This document shows, piece by piece, positions 1 to 13,259 of a stretch of 64,000 bases of DNA (its first letter is position 1; every line of letters begins with the position of its first letter). Made by a program: the position numbers and the translations under genes. Where the stretch lies: the NCBI GenBank assembly GCA_013265495.1, contig MU058650.1, forward strand, positions 895,394 to 959,393. The letters are read 5' to 3'. Under the pieces are notes generated by a model. The model searched no databases and was not told the DNA's origin. It saw nothing but the letters and a program-made list of their open reading frames with translations. The stretch is from Vicugna vicugna (taxonomy: Eukaryota).

Positions 1-1107
1 TGAATAAATAAATAAATTCATCATAAATAACTTATTTGGAAAAAATAGGTGGTATATTTTACATTTTTGGAGAGACTTCCTAAACTCCATTCCTTCACTG
101 CCAGCTCCCCAGGAGAGAGGGCATGCCTCAGCTGATTGGTTAGCCTGGAGTCAAACCTGCTTGGATGAGCCCTTTCCTGTCTCTTTTTCAGATCAAGCTG
201 GTTTGCAGAATCTAATTTATGCTTCTTCATGTCCTCTGTTACAGGGGCAGCCTCTGCCTCTATGGGAGAAGTCTCCAGTTGTTCCAGGGTAAAGTATGTC
301 TAATTTAGAGGTGAAGTATCAACAAGTCCACTTGGCTACAGATCCAAAGCCATGACCTTCCATGTTTCCTCAGTGTTGAGTTGACAGTCTGTTATCCATC
401 TACCTTTCATCTCATTTCTCAGTTGATTACACAGGAGGAAAAGACAAAGATGTTCTTTACTGGCCCCCTAAAGCTACAAGTCAGGATAAGAGGTAAAATG
501 AAAATGAAGAGCTCTTTCCCCTTCCTGTCCTCATTATTTTTTAAAGCACTTAATTATCCACACATGTGGTTGAGAAGATGGTTTTGTCTTATCAAACAAA
601 TAGCATTAGTTTTGTAGTCACAGTATCAACATGATCACATAAGCTCAGCAAAAGTCAAAAAGCCAAAGTGCTGAAGTTAGTGATGGGAACTAACCAAATG
701 CACAAAAAAGCAAACCAAAAAAACCTAGTAAATAGTCTTTGCGTCCAGGAACAAGATCAGATTTTCAAACAACCTCTTGTTAGATTAGATGACCTGATAT
801 TTTAAAGATTCTTCAGATTTAAAATACTGCTTTCTATTTAAAATTCTACCTGCACACTGCATGGATTGCTTTAAATCATGCTTTCTGTAGCTTCTTTACC
901 AGTTCACATAAAGTGCAACTATAGAAACAAGCCAATGAATAAACATGAACCTCTACTTCTTCATCTGTAAAAATACGGACATCACCCTCTACTGCTCAAA
1001 GATATTGAAGGGACTGAATCATACATGTGGAAAAGTTTATCAGAATTCCAGGCACATACATTTTAGTTTCGTTTCCTTTATTTATAGCCCGCAGCTGCTA
1101 TCTTTTG

Positions 1108-1121
1108 CCACTAGATGGCAA
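1108..1121 (+). promoter_or_regulatory. Candidate CTCF binding site in an ALKBH8 intron
   Basis: CCACTAGATGGCAA closely matches the CTCF core consensus CCACYAGRKGGCR. Motif only, no binding data. Confidence 0.6.
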
Positions 1122-1692
1122 TGCTGCTGCAGTAAATTGTTGCACAAAAGGAAGTCTGGATATTAACGTCTAAAAGTGAAATGTGTAAAACATTAATTTA
1201 CAGGGCTTTTCCTGGCATCTGATGAACTGATAAAACTTTGGACACCTAAAAGAGACTAAAATGTTCACTTTCCTGTAAGAAATGAAAGTGCTAATGGTGC
1301 CTTTACATTTCATTTTAAACTCAATTCACTTTAATTAAGAAATGTGAGAAATCCTATTGTATAAGACATTTGTTGATGGCTAATAAAAATGACTATTTGA
1401 ATATTTACCTCTGACCCCAAACTGAGAGAAATGATCTCATCCTCAAAAGCAGAATGCGTGTCAATATGAGCAGGAATTCCTGAGACAGAAGACAGGACAA
1501 CACTTAAGATGCAAATTCCTCAAGAGACTAAGTGTAGAATTACAAGGGATTAAAATCAACACAGGTAACAAACATAAGCAAAGTACTCCAGGAGTCAGTT
1601 CCAGCTAAAAAAATATCTTTGCTCTTAGAGATTTACATAATCCACTTAGTTATGAATTATAAGACTGGAATTTTAAAAGAAGAAACACTTAC

Positions 1693-1797
1693 CCTGCCCA
1701 GGTTCATACTGGTTCACAGTCAGTTGATCAGGTTTATGTTCAATGAAACCCTCCTTCAGCCATTTCTCCAAAATGCTATCACAAAGGTCAGGAAGAC
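1693..1797 (-). CDS. ALKBH8: ALKBH8 coding exon 5 (105 nt), AlkB/2OG-Fe(II) domain
   Basis: Translates (G)[34 protein letters not shown](G), matching recalled ALKBH8. Acceptor TTCAG| at 1798-1802 and donor |GTAAG at 1692-1688; phase 1/1. The gene continues beyond the left window edge. Confidence 0.96.
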
Positions 1798-2269
1798 CTG
1801 AAGTCAGTAATCGTACAGGTGAAACGTATTATTAAAATACTTACTTCACATGTTTCACCCAGAATTAAAAAAAAAAGTCACTGAGTTAAAAATCACCCAA
1901 CTTTTAATTTAGCAGTCAGATCCAAACATAACAGTAAACTCACCAGCAGAGCAGAATAAGAACAAAATCTTAACAGTCTTTTGAAGTTATTTTATTCATT
2001 TTATGAAATAAAACATACAAAAGAACAATTCTGCGGACAAAAATTTTAGTATTTTGTAAAATAGCAATAAAACTACAAAATTTACTATATTACATACTGG
2101 AAATAAGCCTGACCACTTTCTTCTGTGTTATCTTGAATTATTAATGTCTTTTAAATTATTTCTCTTTAAAAAACACACTTTTCAAAGTGGAACTAACTTA
2201 CTTTTATTGGATTCATAAATGTTATTTCTTGAGGCAAAGGAAACCTTTAAATAAGATAAAAGTCATTAA

Positions 2270-2800
2270 AAAAAATAGATAAATTTAACTCCAACAAAGA
2301 ATTCTACCAAAGGACTAATATCCAGATTTTATAGTAAACTCTTAACTGATATGTTAAGACAATCCATTAGAAAAAACTGGCAAAGAAGATGAAAAAGAAT
2401 TCACAGAAAAGGAAATAAAAATGGCCAACCTCACTAGTAATCAGGTAATTATAAAATTAAAAATTTTACCATAGCACAAGTCGCTAGGGGTAGGGGGGAG
2501 GAGGTACACACTTGGTGAGAATATGTCGGTATAGCATTTTTAGGGTGCAATTTGTCAGTGTCTATTAACATTTTTAAATGCGCAGAACTCTGACACAATT
2601 CTAATTTAGTAGTTTCCCTTGAGAAACTCTTGCTGAGTGCATAAAGAGGTGGACACAAAGATATCCTCTGCAGTACAACTTGTAAAAGCTAAAAACTAGA
2701 AATAACCTGAATGTCTATCAAAAGGAAAGTAACTAAATAAGCTATTATAGAACATTTAATAAAAAGAAAAACTATGTAAGGTCTCCAAGACATACTGTGA
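2270..2800 (+). mobile_element. Old degraded L1 (L1M-type) ORF2 3' fragment
   Basis: Recognisable L1 ORF2 3' phrases (aaggactaatatccaga, attcacagaaaaggaaata...aatggccaa, aaataacctgaatgtctatc). Boundaries approximate. Confidence 0.6.
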
Positions 2801-2934
2801 AAAGAACCAGTTGGAGTGATACATGCAGTACATGAATACACAATTTGTAACATACAATATAATACTACACGTTAACACTATGTACTTTTTATAGGTTATT
2901 TGGATGTAGACTCATTTATGAGGATTGAAATATT

Positions 2935-3475
2935 GTCTCTCCTCCCTACCTTACACTCTGGTAACCATAAGTTTGTTTTCTATGTCTATGAGTCTCTTTC
3001 TGTTTTGTAAGTAAGTTTATTTGTGTCCTATTTTTAGATTCCAAATATAAGTGGTATCATATGATATTTGTCTTTCTGTGACTGAGTTCACTCATTGTGA
3101 TAATCTCCAGGTTTATCCATGTAGCTACAAATGGCATTATATCATTCTTTGTTATGGCTGAGTAGCGTTTCATTGCATACATATATATATTTATACACTA
3201 CATTTCCTTTATCCATTCATCTGTCAATGGAACGTCATTTAAGTCGCTTCCATGTCTTGGCTATTGTACAAAGTGCTATGAAAATTGGGGTGTATGTGCC
3301 TTTTCAAATTAAGAGTTTTCTCTGGATATATGCCCAGGGGTGGGATTCCTGGATCATACAGTAATTCTATTTTTAGTTTTTTAAGGAACCTCCATACTAT
3401 TCTCCATAGTGGCTGCACCAAGTTACACTCCCACCAACAGTGTAGGAGGGCCCTCCTCCTCCACACCCTCTTCAT
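2935..3475 (-). mobile_element. L1 3' fragment (ORF2 C-terminus and 3'UTR)
   Basis: ORF 3239..3475 reads [42 protein letters not shown], the L1 ORF2 C-terminal cysteine-rich region, followed by typical L1 3'UTR sequence. Confidence 0.92.
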
Positions 3476-3723
3476 ATAATGGTACTACTTCTGAAGAGAG
3501 GTGTGGGAGTAAGCATAGCGTTGAAGAAAATAAGATTTTAGATTTAGCTGTATCTGCATGTTTAAAATTTTTAACACAAAACTGCACTATTTAGTTAATA
3601 AAAACGTTTTAAATTTAATCAACTCTTTTGAAAGTTCAATTACAAATGATAAATGAAAAACACCCTCAAACATGACAAAAAATTTTTTTCTGAACCATTT
3701 ATTATTTCTTAACAATCACTTAC

Positions 3724-3819
3724 CCCCAGGTAATGGCTTATCTTTATCTACATTGTTGTTCTCATACTGGAATTCATAGCCAAAATGCTTTACTCTTCGG
3801 TGTTTTAAGGATTTTTGAA
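3724..3819 (-). CDS. ALKBH8: ALKBH8 coding exon 4 (96 nt)
   Basis: Translates (F)[31 protein letters not shown](G). Acceptor TACAG| and donor |GTAAG; phase 1/1. Confidence 0.96.
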
Positions 3820-3861
3820 CTGTATGAAGAGAAGACAGTAAATTAGAACCTCTGTTGCCCT

Positions 3862-6800
3862 ATTTTTTTCCTGTCTGGAAGATCTATCCCTTGATGTGAG
3901 TGGGTTGTTAAAATCTCCTACTATTATTGTATTCCCATCAATTTCTTCCTTTATATCTGTTATTTTTTGTTTTATGCATTTAGGTGTTCCTGTATTGGGT
4001 GTAAATATATGTTAACAAGTATAATATCCTCTTCCTTTAATGATCCTTTTATGATTATACAGCATCCTTCTTTGTCTTTCTTTATGGTCTTTGTTTTAAA
4101 GTCTGTTTTGTCTAATATAAGTATTGCTACCCCTGCTTTCTTGTCATTTCCGTTTGTATGAAATATTTTTCCATCCCCTCACTTTCAATCTATGTGTGTC
4201 CTTCACCCTAAAGCGGATCTCTTATAGGCTCATGTTTTATTATCTAATCTGCCACCCTATGTCTTTTGATTGCAGCATTTAGTCCATTAACATTTAAGGT
4301 AACTACTGACAGGTAAGTATTTATCGCCATTTTAAGTCTTGTTTTCCAGTTGATTTTGAATTTCTTCTTTGTTCCTTCCTTACTCTTTTTGCTTTTCCGT
4401 TTGTGGTTTGATGGTTTTGTCCACATTATGTTTGTGTTCTCTTCTTTTTGGTTTCTGTGAATCTCTTGTATGTTTTTGATTTCTGGTTACCCTGTTTTCC
4501 AAGTATGTTAACCCCTTACTACATCTACTTACTTTATCCTGGTAATCATATAGGCTCAAACACATTCTAAAACAAAACTATGTTTTCTTATACACCTTCC
4601 CTAAATTTTATGATTTTGATGTCTTCTTTTACATCTTCATGTTGTTCACTGTAGATACCACCTCATTTCCAGTTGTGATTTTTTTCATATAAATTCTTAC
4701 TTCTTTTCTGTTTAGAGAAGACCGTTGGACGTTTCTTTTAGAATAGATTTAGTACTGCTGTATTCTTTCAGTTTTTGCTTGTCTGAGAAACTATTTCTCC
4801 TGTTCTAAATGACAGTCTTACTAGGTAGTGTATCCTACATTGCAGGTTTTTCCCTTTCAAGACTTTGAATATATCTTCCCCTCTGACATGCAACGTTTCT
4901 GCAGAGAAATCAGCTGACAGCCTCATGGGGGTTCCCTCATAACTCACTGTTTTTCTCTTGCTTATCTTTGTCTTTTACTTTTGCCACTTTAATTATATTA
5001 TGTCTTGGTGTAGATCTGTTTGGGTTCATCTTATTTGGGTGCCTTTGTGCTTCCTATACCTGGATATCTGTTCCCTTCTTTAGATTTAGGAAATTTTCAG
5101 CCATAACTTCTCAAATACATTTTTGATCACTTTTTCTCCTTCTGGCACCCCTGTTATACACAGAATGGCATGCTTTACATTATCCCATAGGTCTCTTATA
5201 TTGCTTTCTTTTCTTTTTTTTTTTTCCATTTGTGTTTCTATCTGTTGTTCTGACTGGGTGATTTTCATTTTTCTTAATCTCCTAGGTCACTTATTCATTC
5301 TTCCACATTATGTAGTTTGCTGTTTATTGCCTTTAGCTTGGCTTTCATCTAAACAATTGGGTTTTCTGATTTTATTTGGTTCCTCTTTATAGTTATTAGG
5401 TCCTTTTAGTCATCTGCATTTCTACCAATAGCCTTTCTTAATTCCTTCAGTATTTTTATTATCTCCTTTTTTAACTCGAGCTCTTGTAGACTGAGGAGGT
5501 CTATTTCATTGTCCTTTCAGGGGATTTCTCTTGTTCTTTTAATTAGGAGTGGTTCCTCTACTTCTTCATTTTACTTATATTTCTCTACCATCTATGAATT
5601 TAGAAGTAACAGTTACTTACTGTGGTCTAAAGGGCTGTTTTTATGTGGGTACATCCCTGTGCATTTAATGTGCATTTAATATTTTTGTTGCAAGGGCTAG
5701 TTTTAGTATGAATGCCTGCCACATCTTTCCTCCATGTGTGCTGGCTGCTACCTCCTTGATAGGCGGTATGATTGGTGTTGTGGTGACCAGAGCCTGGACT
5801 GGATGTTGAACAGGGCCTCCTCTGCTCTGTGGTTTTCACAGCCCTGTTGAGCTCTGGGTCCACAACCCAGTTGTTGGAGCAGAAGCCCCCAGACCCATTT
5901 GTGAGCTGCTATGTGAGGTAGGTGAGACTGCAGCCCTTCCACTGGGAGAGGGGCCACTGAGTACTCCTCTACAGGAGATGTCATCCAGGCAATGTACTCT
6001 GTGCTGTGGAGTCGACTGTCACCCCCTGTGCAGGCTCACAAAGTACTGTTTTTGGTGCTGTCCTCCATCTTGCCTCAGCTGAAGGAAAGCTGCCAGCCTG
6101 CCCAGGTGTCCCTCAGCTGCTATGCTCACAAAAGCCATCAGGGTAGATCCACTGAAGTCAGGTACCTGGACCCATGTAGTCATGCACCTGATTTGCTGTG
6201 GGCTACAGGGTCAGTCAAGACCCCAGTCCTGCCTCCATGTGCATGTGCCCATTTTTAACAGCCAGCCTGCCCCAGCCATGCACCAGTTCTCCATTTGGAC
6301 TTCCTACATGCACGAAGCCCAAAAAGGCTCCAGGGATGCAAATCTGACAAAACTGCCCAGGACACGGCTCAGACCTCAGCCTCACCTCTGAAGTTGAACA
6401 GCCCCTGGGAATGGGCTCAGACCTCAGCTCTGCCTCCGCTTGGGGGTAAGCCACAGGCAACGGTGCTTTCCCAGAGCTCCCAGAGGTGGACCTGCCCCAG
6501 GCCAAGAGGGAGCCTGGAAGGAGGCTGCTATGGTGGGGTCCTGCACCTTCCCTTGCAAGTACATGTTAACAGTGGGGCTTTTTATGGCAGGGCCACATCC
6601 TGTGTGCAAGCAACAATGGGGGCCTCCATGGAGGACCTGGGCTCCCGCGCACACACTCCCAGCCTCAGCCTGGCAGCTCATGCCAGATCTCCCAGGCCAT
6701 CTCCATGTGGCCAACCCCAGTCCTCTCTCTGAATCTGTCCTCTGAAGCCCCAGCCTCAGCGCCCAGCTCCCACGTGCACCAGCAGGCTACGTCTCAGGCT

Positions 6801-7157
6801 GGGGAGCACAGCTAGCTGTCCTGGATCCTCCACGCCAGTTTCTCTCTTCTGCCTGTCTCAGAGCAGCCGCTGTGCTGCCCTCCCAGCGCATGAAGCTCCC
6901 TTTCTGTCCTGGCTGGTCTCCCTGCTGGTGCAGGGGAGGCTGAGGGATCTTTTCCTCTTTCACCACTCCTTGCCCAGGGCACAGGTCCCATCCCAACTCT
7001 TTCCATGGAGATTCCTCTTGTGGCCCTCTTAGCATAAGATCTTTTGCCAGAGTTCAATAGGTATTCAGTGAAAATTGTTCCACATGGAGATGTATTTTTG
7101 ATGTATTTGTGAGAGGAAGTGAATTCCACAACCTTCTATTCCATCATCTTGAAGCCC
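3862..7157 (-). mobile_element. 5' half of an L1 (5'UTR, degraded ORF1, start of ORF2 endonuclease), 3'-truncated
   Basis: ORF 4244..4426 contains MAINTYLSVVTLNVNGLNAAIKRHRVAD (ORF2 endonuclease N-terminus). ORF 5086..5268 contains IRDLWDNVKHAILCITGVPEGE (ORF1). A GC-rich, CpG-decayed 5'UTR lies at 5650-7157 and starts GGGGCTTCAAGATG on the minus strand. Confidence 0.9.
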
Positions 7158-7159
7158 CA

Positions 7160-7396
7160 CCACCAGCATACTTTAAATCATCTCTAGATTACTTACAACA
7201 CCTAATACAATGTAAATGCTACCTAAAATAGTTGTAAATACAATGCAATTTCTATGTAAACAGCTGCCAACATGTAGCAAGTTCAAGTTTTGCTTTTTAG
7301 AACTTTCTGGAATTTTACTTTTTCTTCAAATATTTTTGATTCATGGTTGATTGAATCCATGGACATGGAACCCACAGATACAGAGGGCCAACTGTA
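7160..7396 (+). mobile_element. MER2B-like Tigger-family MITE, right portion only
   Basis: atactttaaatcatctctagattactta ... ggaacccacagatacagagggccaactgta matches the recalled MER2/MER2B body and right terminal repeat. Confidence 0.75.
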
Positions 7397-7655
7397 TGTA
7401 AAATGGCTTATAAATGTTAGTGCTACTAATGTTGGCTAATATTAATCAGTTTGGAGTTTTAAATTGATACTTATATAAATGCTATTTATTATTAATACTC
7501 TTAAGAATTGTTGGTATGACTTACCTAATATTGGATCCGGGGTACTTTAAGTAATTTTAAGGAAATATTAGCGTTTGAATAAACTAAATGAGGAGACGGA
7601 AAGATCAGTAACATTTTGCATTAAACTTAAACATCAGGTTTAAAGTTTTACTTAC

Positions 7656-7787
7656 AATTTTGATTGTCTGTATCTTCTGTCCAGTTAACACTTTCCAAAA
7701 GCATTTTCTCATCCTCAGGAGAAATAATTTCTTCTATTACCATGAGGCCTGGAGGCAATGCTTGAAGCCCCAACTCTTTCCACGGGG
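7656..7787 (-). CDS. ALKBH8: ALKBH8 coding exon 3 (132 nt)
   Basis: Translates (A)[43 protein letters not shown](F). Acceptor CCACAG| and donor |GTAAG; phase 1/1. Confidence 0.97.
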
Positions 7788-9928
7788 CTGTGGGAAACCA
7801 ATTAAAATAGTCAATACACAACCTTAAAGTTCTCATATACTAATAATTCTGTCCAATAGCCATTTATCAGTTCATAAAACCCCAATCCTCATTTTCAGAG
7901 ATAAAAATGCTGAAAGATACATAACCTATTAAAAATGTAATAATAAAAGCCAAGATAAAAATTATGGTACATTTTATTCACTGCAATTACTAATAGCACA
8001 TAGAACAGTATTTACTTAAATATTTTGTTCGAACATGATTGAGCCACTCTTTAAATCTCACTGAGAGAAGGTTTCTCATAATATCTACCTCCATAAACAA
8101 ATCAGATCCTAAATATGAATATAAAAATTTTTGAAGTTATTTTTCCCCCTAGGTTCATGATACCAGCTATGATCAAGTAATAGAAAAGTGTAAAATAACA
8201 TAAAATTTTCTAAAAAGTCATTTTCTAAAAAAATTATTTAGCATGTATTAATTTCTGTCCTTCAAAGTTTTAGACAAGTACAGCTCTAGAAGGAAAAGAA
8301 AAAAATAATTTATGATTAGATAAAAGAAATAGTGTAATTCGTATTTACTATCAGGGATCTGATCATTCATGTTACACATATGACTTCTGAAGCTTTTCTA
8401 CAGAACAGTTTTCATCTTTGAATTATTTAATATAGAGATTCACAAAGATAATAATATAAATATCTAGTAGATTTATTAATATATAATGAATATAAATAGT
8501 GAATCATGTTATAAGTATTTATTAAGTGTTTACTATATGTCAGTCATTACTTATTTATTCAAATTATATAAGGAAAGCTTAGGGAAGAATTTCTTAAAGA
8601 CAGGTAATTTATACTACAAGTAATTCATATTTAATTTTCTAAATATATATGTATTCTTTAAAAAGAATTTTAAATACCTCTTGTATTTGTTATTCAGTGG
8701 CTATCTGGAAGTAAATATCAAAACAAGTATAAAAATTTGTGACACAGTTCTATTCTCTATTCTATTCTCTATCATGTCTATTAAAAATAATTTCCAAAAT
8801 TATAAACAAGGTTGCAATAATCTTAGAAATACACCTGGATCTAATATAGCATTTCAGATAGAAAACACTCCAAAACTCATTTTGTGCAATTTCTGACAGT
8901 GTTCAACACACTGAACAGGAGGAAACCCAAGGACAGTATTTTCTGATTAAGACTTAATTCCTAAACATTCAGCTTTTAAAAACTGATCACAAACACATAA
9001 AATATGAAAATAATCTAGTTTTCAAAATCTGAAAGCTTAACACAGATTTAAATTAAGTACTTACAGAGAATTATAACTTCAAAAGTACATCTTTAAAGGA
9101 GTTATTTAGTTTCCTTTGAATCTTATCATAAAAAAATACATTTGATCAGATTATACTCACCTACTTACTCACAGCATATCTAAACAAAACTCTTTAACTG
9201 CCTAAATAGTTGGCAAATTAACATAATAAAGGAGATTAGGTGTCTAAATCAAAGTTCATCTCAATATATCTCATTTCCATAGGTGTGTGGTGAAAAGATG
9301 CAGCAATTCTGTAAATCAGTCTGTAAAGCTTTTATTTAAATTAGTTAACTTAATTTATTTAAGTAAAATGAAATTAAAAATCAGTTCCAAAACCACACAA
9401 TCCTGTCGGACAGCCCAGATATGAACATACGAACATCTCCATCATCATGGAATGCTCTGTTGGACAGCTCCACTACAAAGCTTTGGGGATCCTTGGTGGC
9501 TAAAGGTATTTCTCCATAGTCATGAACCTTGGCACATAATCATTTGGATCACAATTAATTGTTAAGTGATTAATTGGAAGCTTCTGGGTAGACACTGTAA
9601 AATAATTGGTGATCTGAACCCTCAACATTAAATTTTGAAAAACAAGTCAGTAGCAGGGTTCCAAAACAAGTAACATAGATAATAAACACACTGCTAGGTT
9701 GGTGGGACCAGCGCCTTAGATGCAGGCTATGTCTAAATCAGCTCCCTTCAACTGCTAGTCCCGTGCTTGTGCAAACTAGGCACTTAAAGAATGTTCGTTA
9801 AACAAAAAGAGGTCGCTTAACTACTGTCCTGTTTTGTTTCACATAGCTGAAACTTCCAACTTAGCTATGAAAAGACAACTCACACAAAAGCAAACACCAT
9901 TTTCAAAAAGATACTTGTGTGTTAATAC

Positions 9929-10166
9929 CTTTTTCCACAAAGTTCAAGTACAGAGTGATCTTTTGTCCTAAGTCATCCACTATTTCTTTCCCACTGAGAG
10001 TATCATAGGCTTTCTTGGATTCTTCTGTAGTTCTGTATCTTACAAACGAGTAGGGCTTATTCGGTGGCATTAAGAGAGCATCCACGAATCCACACTTCTC
10101 TAACACTGGGAGCAGTTGCTTCCTACTCACGCTGTTACCCAAACCGCCATTGGCAACAACCAGGCT
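9929..10166 (-). CDS. ALKBH8: ALKBH8 coding exon 2 (238 nt), RRM domain
   Basis: Translates [44 protein letters not shown]...LYLNFVEK. Acceptor TTCTTAAG| and donor |GTATT; phase 0/1. Confidence 0.97.
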
Positions 10167-10999
10167 CTTAAGAAAACACAAAAAAGAAAGTAACATGAGC
10201 AGTTGACATCAACCTGTTACTTTAATTTAAATAAGCTTTAAATAATAAGGCATTGTAAATAATACTGATTTTTACATATTATTTAGTAACATACTCAGTT
10301 TTTTAATGACCATACATACAAATTAAAAGATAACTTTCACTGTTCATAAATAAAAGTTTAACATAATGAAAGAGAAAGAAGAGGCAGAAAGGAGAAGAAA
10401 CAAAGATTTACAAAATGCTTGCTTTTTTGCTAGACATTGTGCTATATACTCTTACCTACTTAATCCTCATTAACATAATTTCCACAACAATCCTACAAGG
10501 TGGGTGATATTAGCCCCACTTCACAGAGAAAGAAACTGAAAAGCAGAAAAATCAGGTTAAGGTAGTGATTAGGTGGAGTTGGGTTTCAAACCTACTTCTG
10601 TCAGTTTCTAGAATCCATATTTTTGATATAATCGTTACACAATGTTTACTAAAACCTAATGGTACTGGCTCAAAGAAAAAACAATTACAAGTACTACTGA
10701 ACATAAAATAGGAAAAAAATGTCCTTTGTATCTGGATTATTCAGTCATTTTGCAATTAAATTTTGTTCCTTTAGAAGTACCATGCTTACTTCTTGCCATT
10801 TGCAATCCTGGTCAACTTCATTCAAGGGACTGGGGTGGGGGGCGGTGTCCTATTTTTATTCTGACGCTTATGACCTAGTGCCCTTATAGTCTCTGTGCTT
10901 AAAAAACGTTCTACACAGTGTGAAGATCTTCACACTCTGCAGCATAACTAAAGTGAACCATTGATAGCCTACTCTCATCCGTTTCATCATTTATACCAC

Positions 11000-11165
11000 G
11001 TATTGGCAAACTTTTCTGAAAAGAGCCAGATAGTAAATATTTTAGGCTTTGCAGATCATGTAAGCCTCTGTCATAAATCTTGTTTTAATTTTTAAGAACT
11101 CTTTAAAAATGTAAAACTCATCCTTAAGCCAGATCTGACCTGAAGACAGTAGTCGGCCAACCTTT
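11000..11165 (+). mobile_element. MER58A-like hAT MITE remnant
   Basis: ggcaaacttttctgaaaagagccagatagtaaatattttaggctttgcag ... gccagatctgacc...gtagtcggccaacc resembles the recalled MER58A. Confidence 0.6.
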
Positions 11166-12104
11166 GATTTACACAAAGCTGGAATGTAGAATACAATGTA
11201 TATATATGTACATACATATAATGGGAATATCTAGAACCTTGTTTTAAAGAATATAAAAGAATCATTATAAAATTGAATAATAAGTAAAGCTCTGCTCTGT
11301 TACGAGGCAGCCCATACTTTGCATGTATGCAGGTGTACACATAATCAACACACTAATATGGTACAAAATTTATTCTCAGATGGCTTGGCCTGGACCTCAT
11401 TTAGTAAGGTTTAAAAATTAAAGTAACAAAATAGTTTGGTTACATGCTGTCATAGTTACAAAAACATTTCCACATTCTCAAATCTAAGGAACTGCAAAGG
11501 CTTTATAAATGTCAAGGACCCACTGCCCCAACTAAGAATTGGGGAAGATAGTCAAGAGGTGACTGGAGGAATACTTGTGGTCCTCAGAAATGCTGTCCAA
11601 GTGATTTGTGGGCAATTGTAAAGAAAACCACACAAAAATAAGTGTAATGGGGAGGAGCTTATTTACTATTATACGAGTTATATAATATACTTAAATGCAA
11701 TTAATTGTTTTAAAATAATCGTTTTATTTATAGTTGTTCAGCCAAGCAATTTTCCCAGTAATATGAAGAAGAGAATTCAGATTTTTTTAAACTCATCTTC
11801 TGCCCAGATAATCTGAAAATCATGGCTCCAGAAAAATCTAACAACCATTATAAAATTGCACAAAGGCACCTATACTTACACAGTGAAAAGACCATTTGTT
11901 CTCCCGTAGGTAGATAATATATAATTGGAAGTCCTTCCACAACTGTTTTCTCTTGTTTTAAAAATATTGAGGAGAAAAAATAATCAAGCCCAAATAAAAT
12001 GACATTTTGGAAGCCATGAAGGTGAGACTAAAGCTTCTAGAGATCTGAGAGAAAAGTCAGTCCCAACCAGAAACAAATGTCAGAGGCAGCAAAGAAATTT
12101 AATC

Positions 12105-12594
12105 TGAGACAGGAGGGAAGGGGGCAGGGCACAACCATTAAAAGAGTGACACAGGATACGAGGATACAACATAAACTGGTTAGAACCAACTAGGTCCAAG
12201 ATGGCAGAAGAGTCAACTTTCGGTAGACCTTCCGCCTCATTAGACACTCAGTAATACATTAGCATGCTAAACGACATGCCCACAGGTGCCATGACAGTTC
12301 CCAGGCTGAACATAAAAGGCCAAAGAGTAGGTGGGGCCCAATTCATGGACACCCTCACCCCTTCCCCCAAATAGGAATAATCCTCCCACTTGTTTGCATA
12401 TGAAATTACCCAGCCCATAAAAACCAACCAACCCCCCCGCAACTGCCGCCCGCACTGGGGGCCACGCTCCTGTCCAAGGGGGACCACATTCTGTCTATGG
12501 AGTGTGTATCTCTCTAAATAAACTCGCTTTCACTTTACTATGGCTTGCTCTTGAATTGTCTCCTGCACAGACAAGAACCTACCCTCCAGTAACA
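12105..12594 (+). mobile_element. ERV solo LTR, family A
   Basis: TG...CA termini (tgagacaggagggaag...cagtaaca), AATAAA, near-TSD aatc/aacc. Homologous to five other copies in the window. Confidence 0.88.
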
Positions 12595-13259
12595 AACCCA
12601 TTTCTCTTCTTACTACTTTACGCTTGAGAATTGACGCAAGCAGGGTATGTCAGTATAATCTTCTGAATGCCTCACAGCCTCAATGGCTCTTGGCAGGAAG
12701 TGTATGCAGACATAGTAATTCTAATCTATTATCTACTCCATCCTTTTTAGAGGAATTTGGTTTAAATTCTCTCAAGTCGTTAATAGTTAACAGAATCTAA
12801 TTATGGGCCTTTTACCTGCTAATATTAAATCTCCCTCAACAGACCACTTATTCCAAAACTATGACGCAGCACAGAAGACAGCATAAGCAAGACATAAGGA
12901 AAGAGTGCTGGTCTGAGACTCAAGAGATCCAAGCTTTAATCCCAGCTTCACTTTCTAAATTATATTTCTTTGGCCCTCAGTTAGATGCTAGCTAAGCTTC
13001 CTTATTATTCTTATCCTGTATCTTTAGAACCAGAAAGAATATCGTAAGACTATTTTATATTCGTGTGGTATTTCAATGGCTAGGAAGTATGATCACATGC
13101 ATGTTCTCTTCAGAATCTAACAATCCAATAGGATAAAAGGGTATGTAATACTATGTCCTTACAAATGGAGAAAGCTGAGGTCAAAGGGTACTGCTCATGA
13201 ACAAAGAAATGGAGAAGCTAAGAGTTAAACTAAGTTCTTCGCATTCATAGCCCAGGAAG

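Noticed and set aside
21..230. 69-aa minus-strand ORF that might be an ALKBH8 exon
   Set aside because: No similarity to the next expected ALKBH8 segment (GIPAHIDTH...). The sequence resembles an old MaLR/LTR remnant.
5627..7129. Cluster of 80-145 aa ORFs
   Set aside because: They lie within the GC-rich L1 5'UTR and show no coherent protein similarity.
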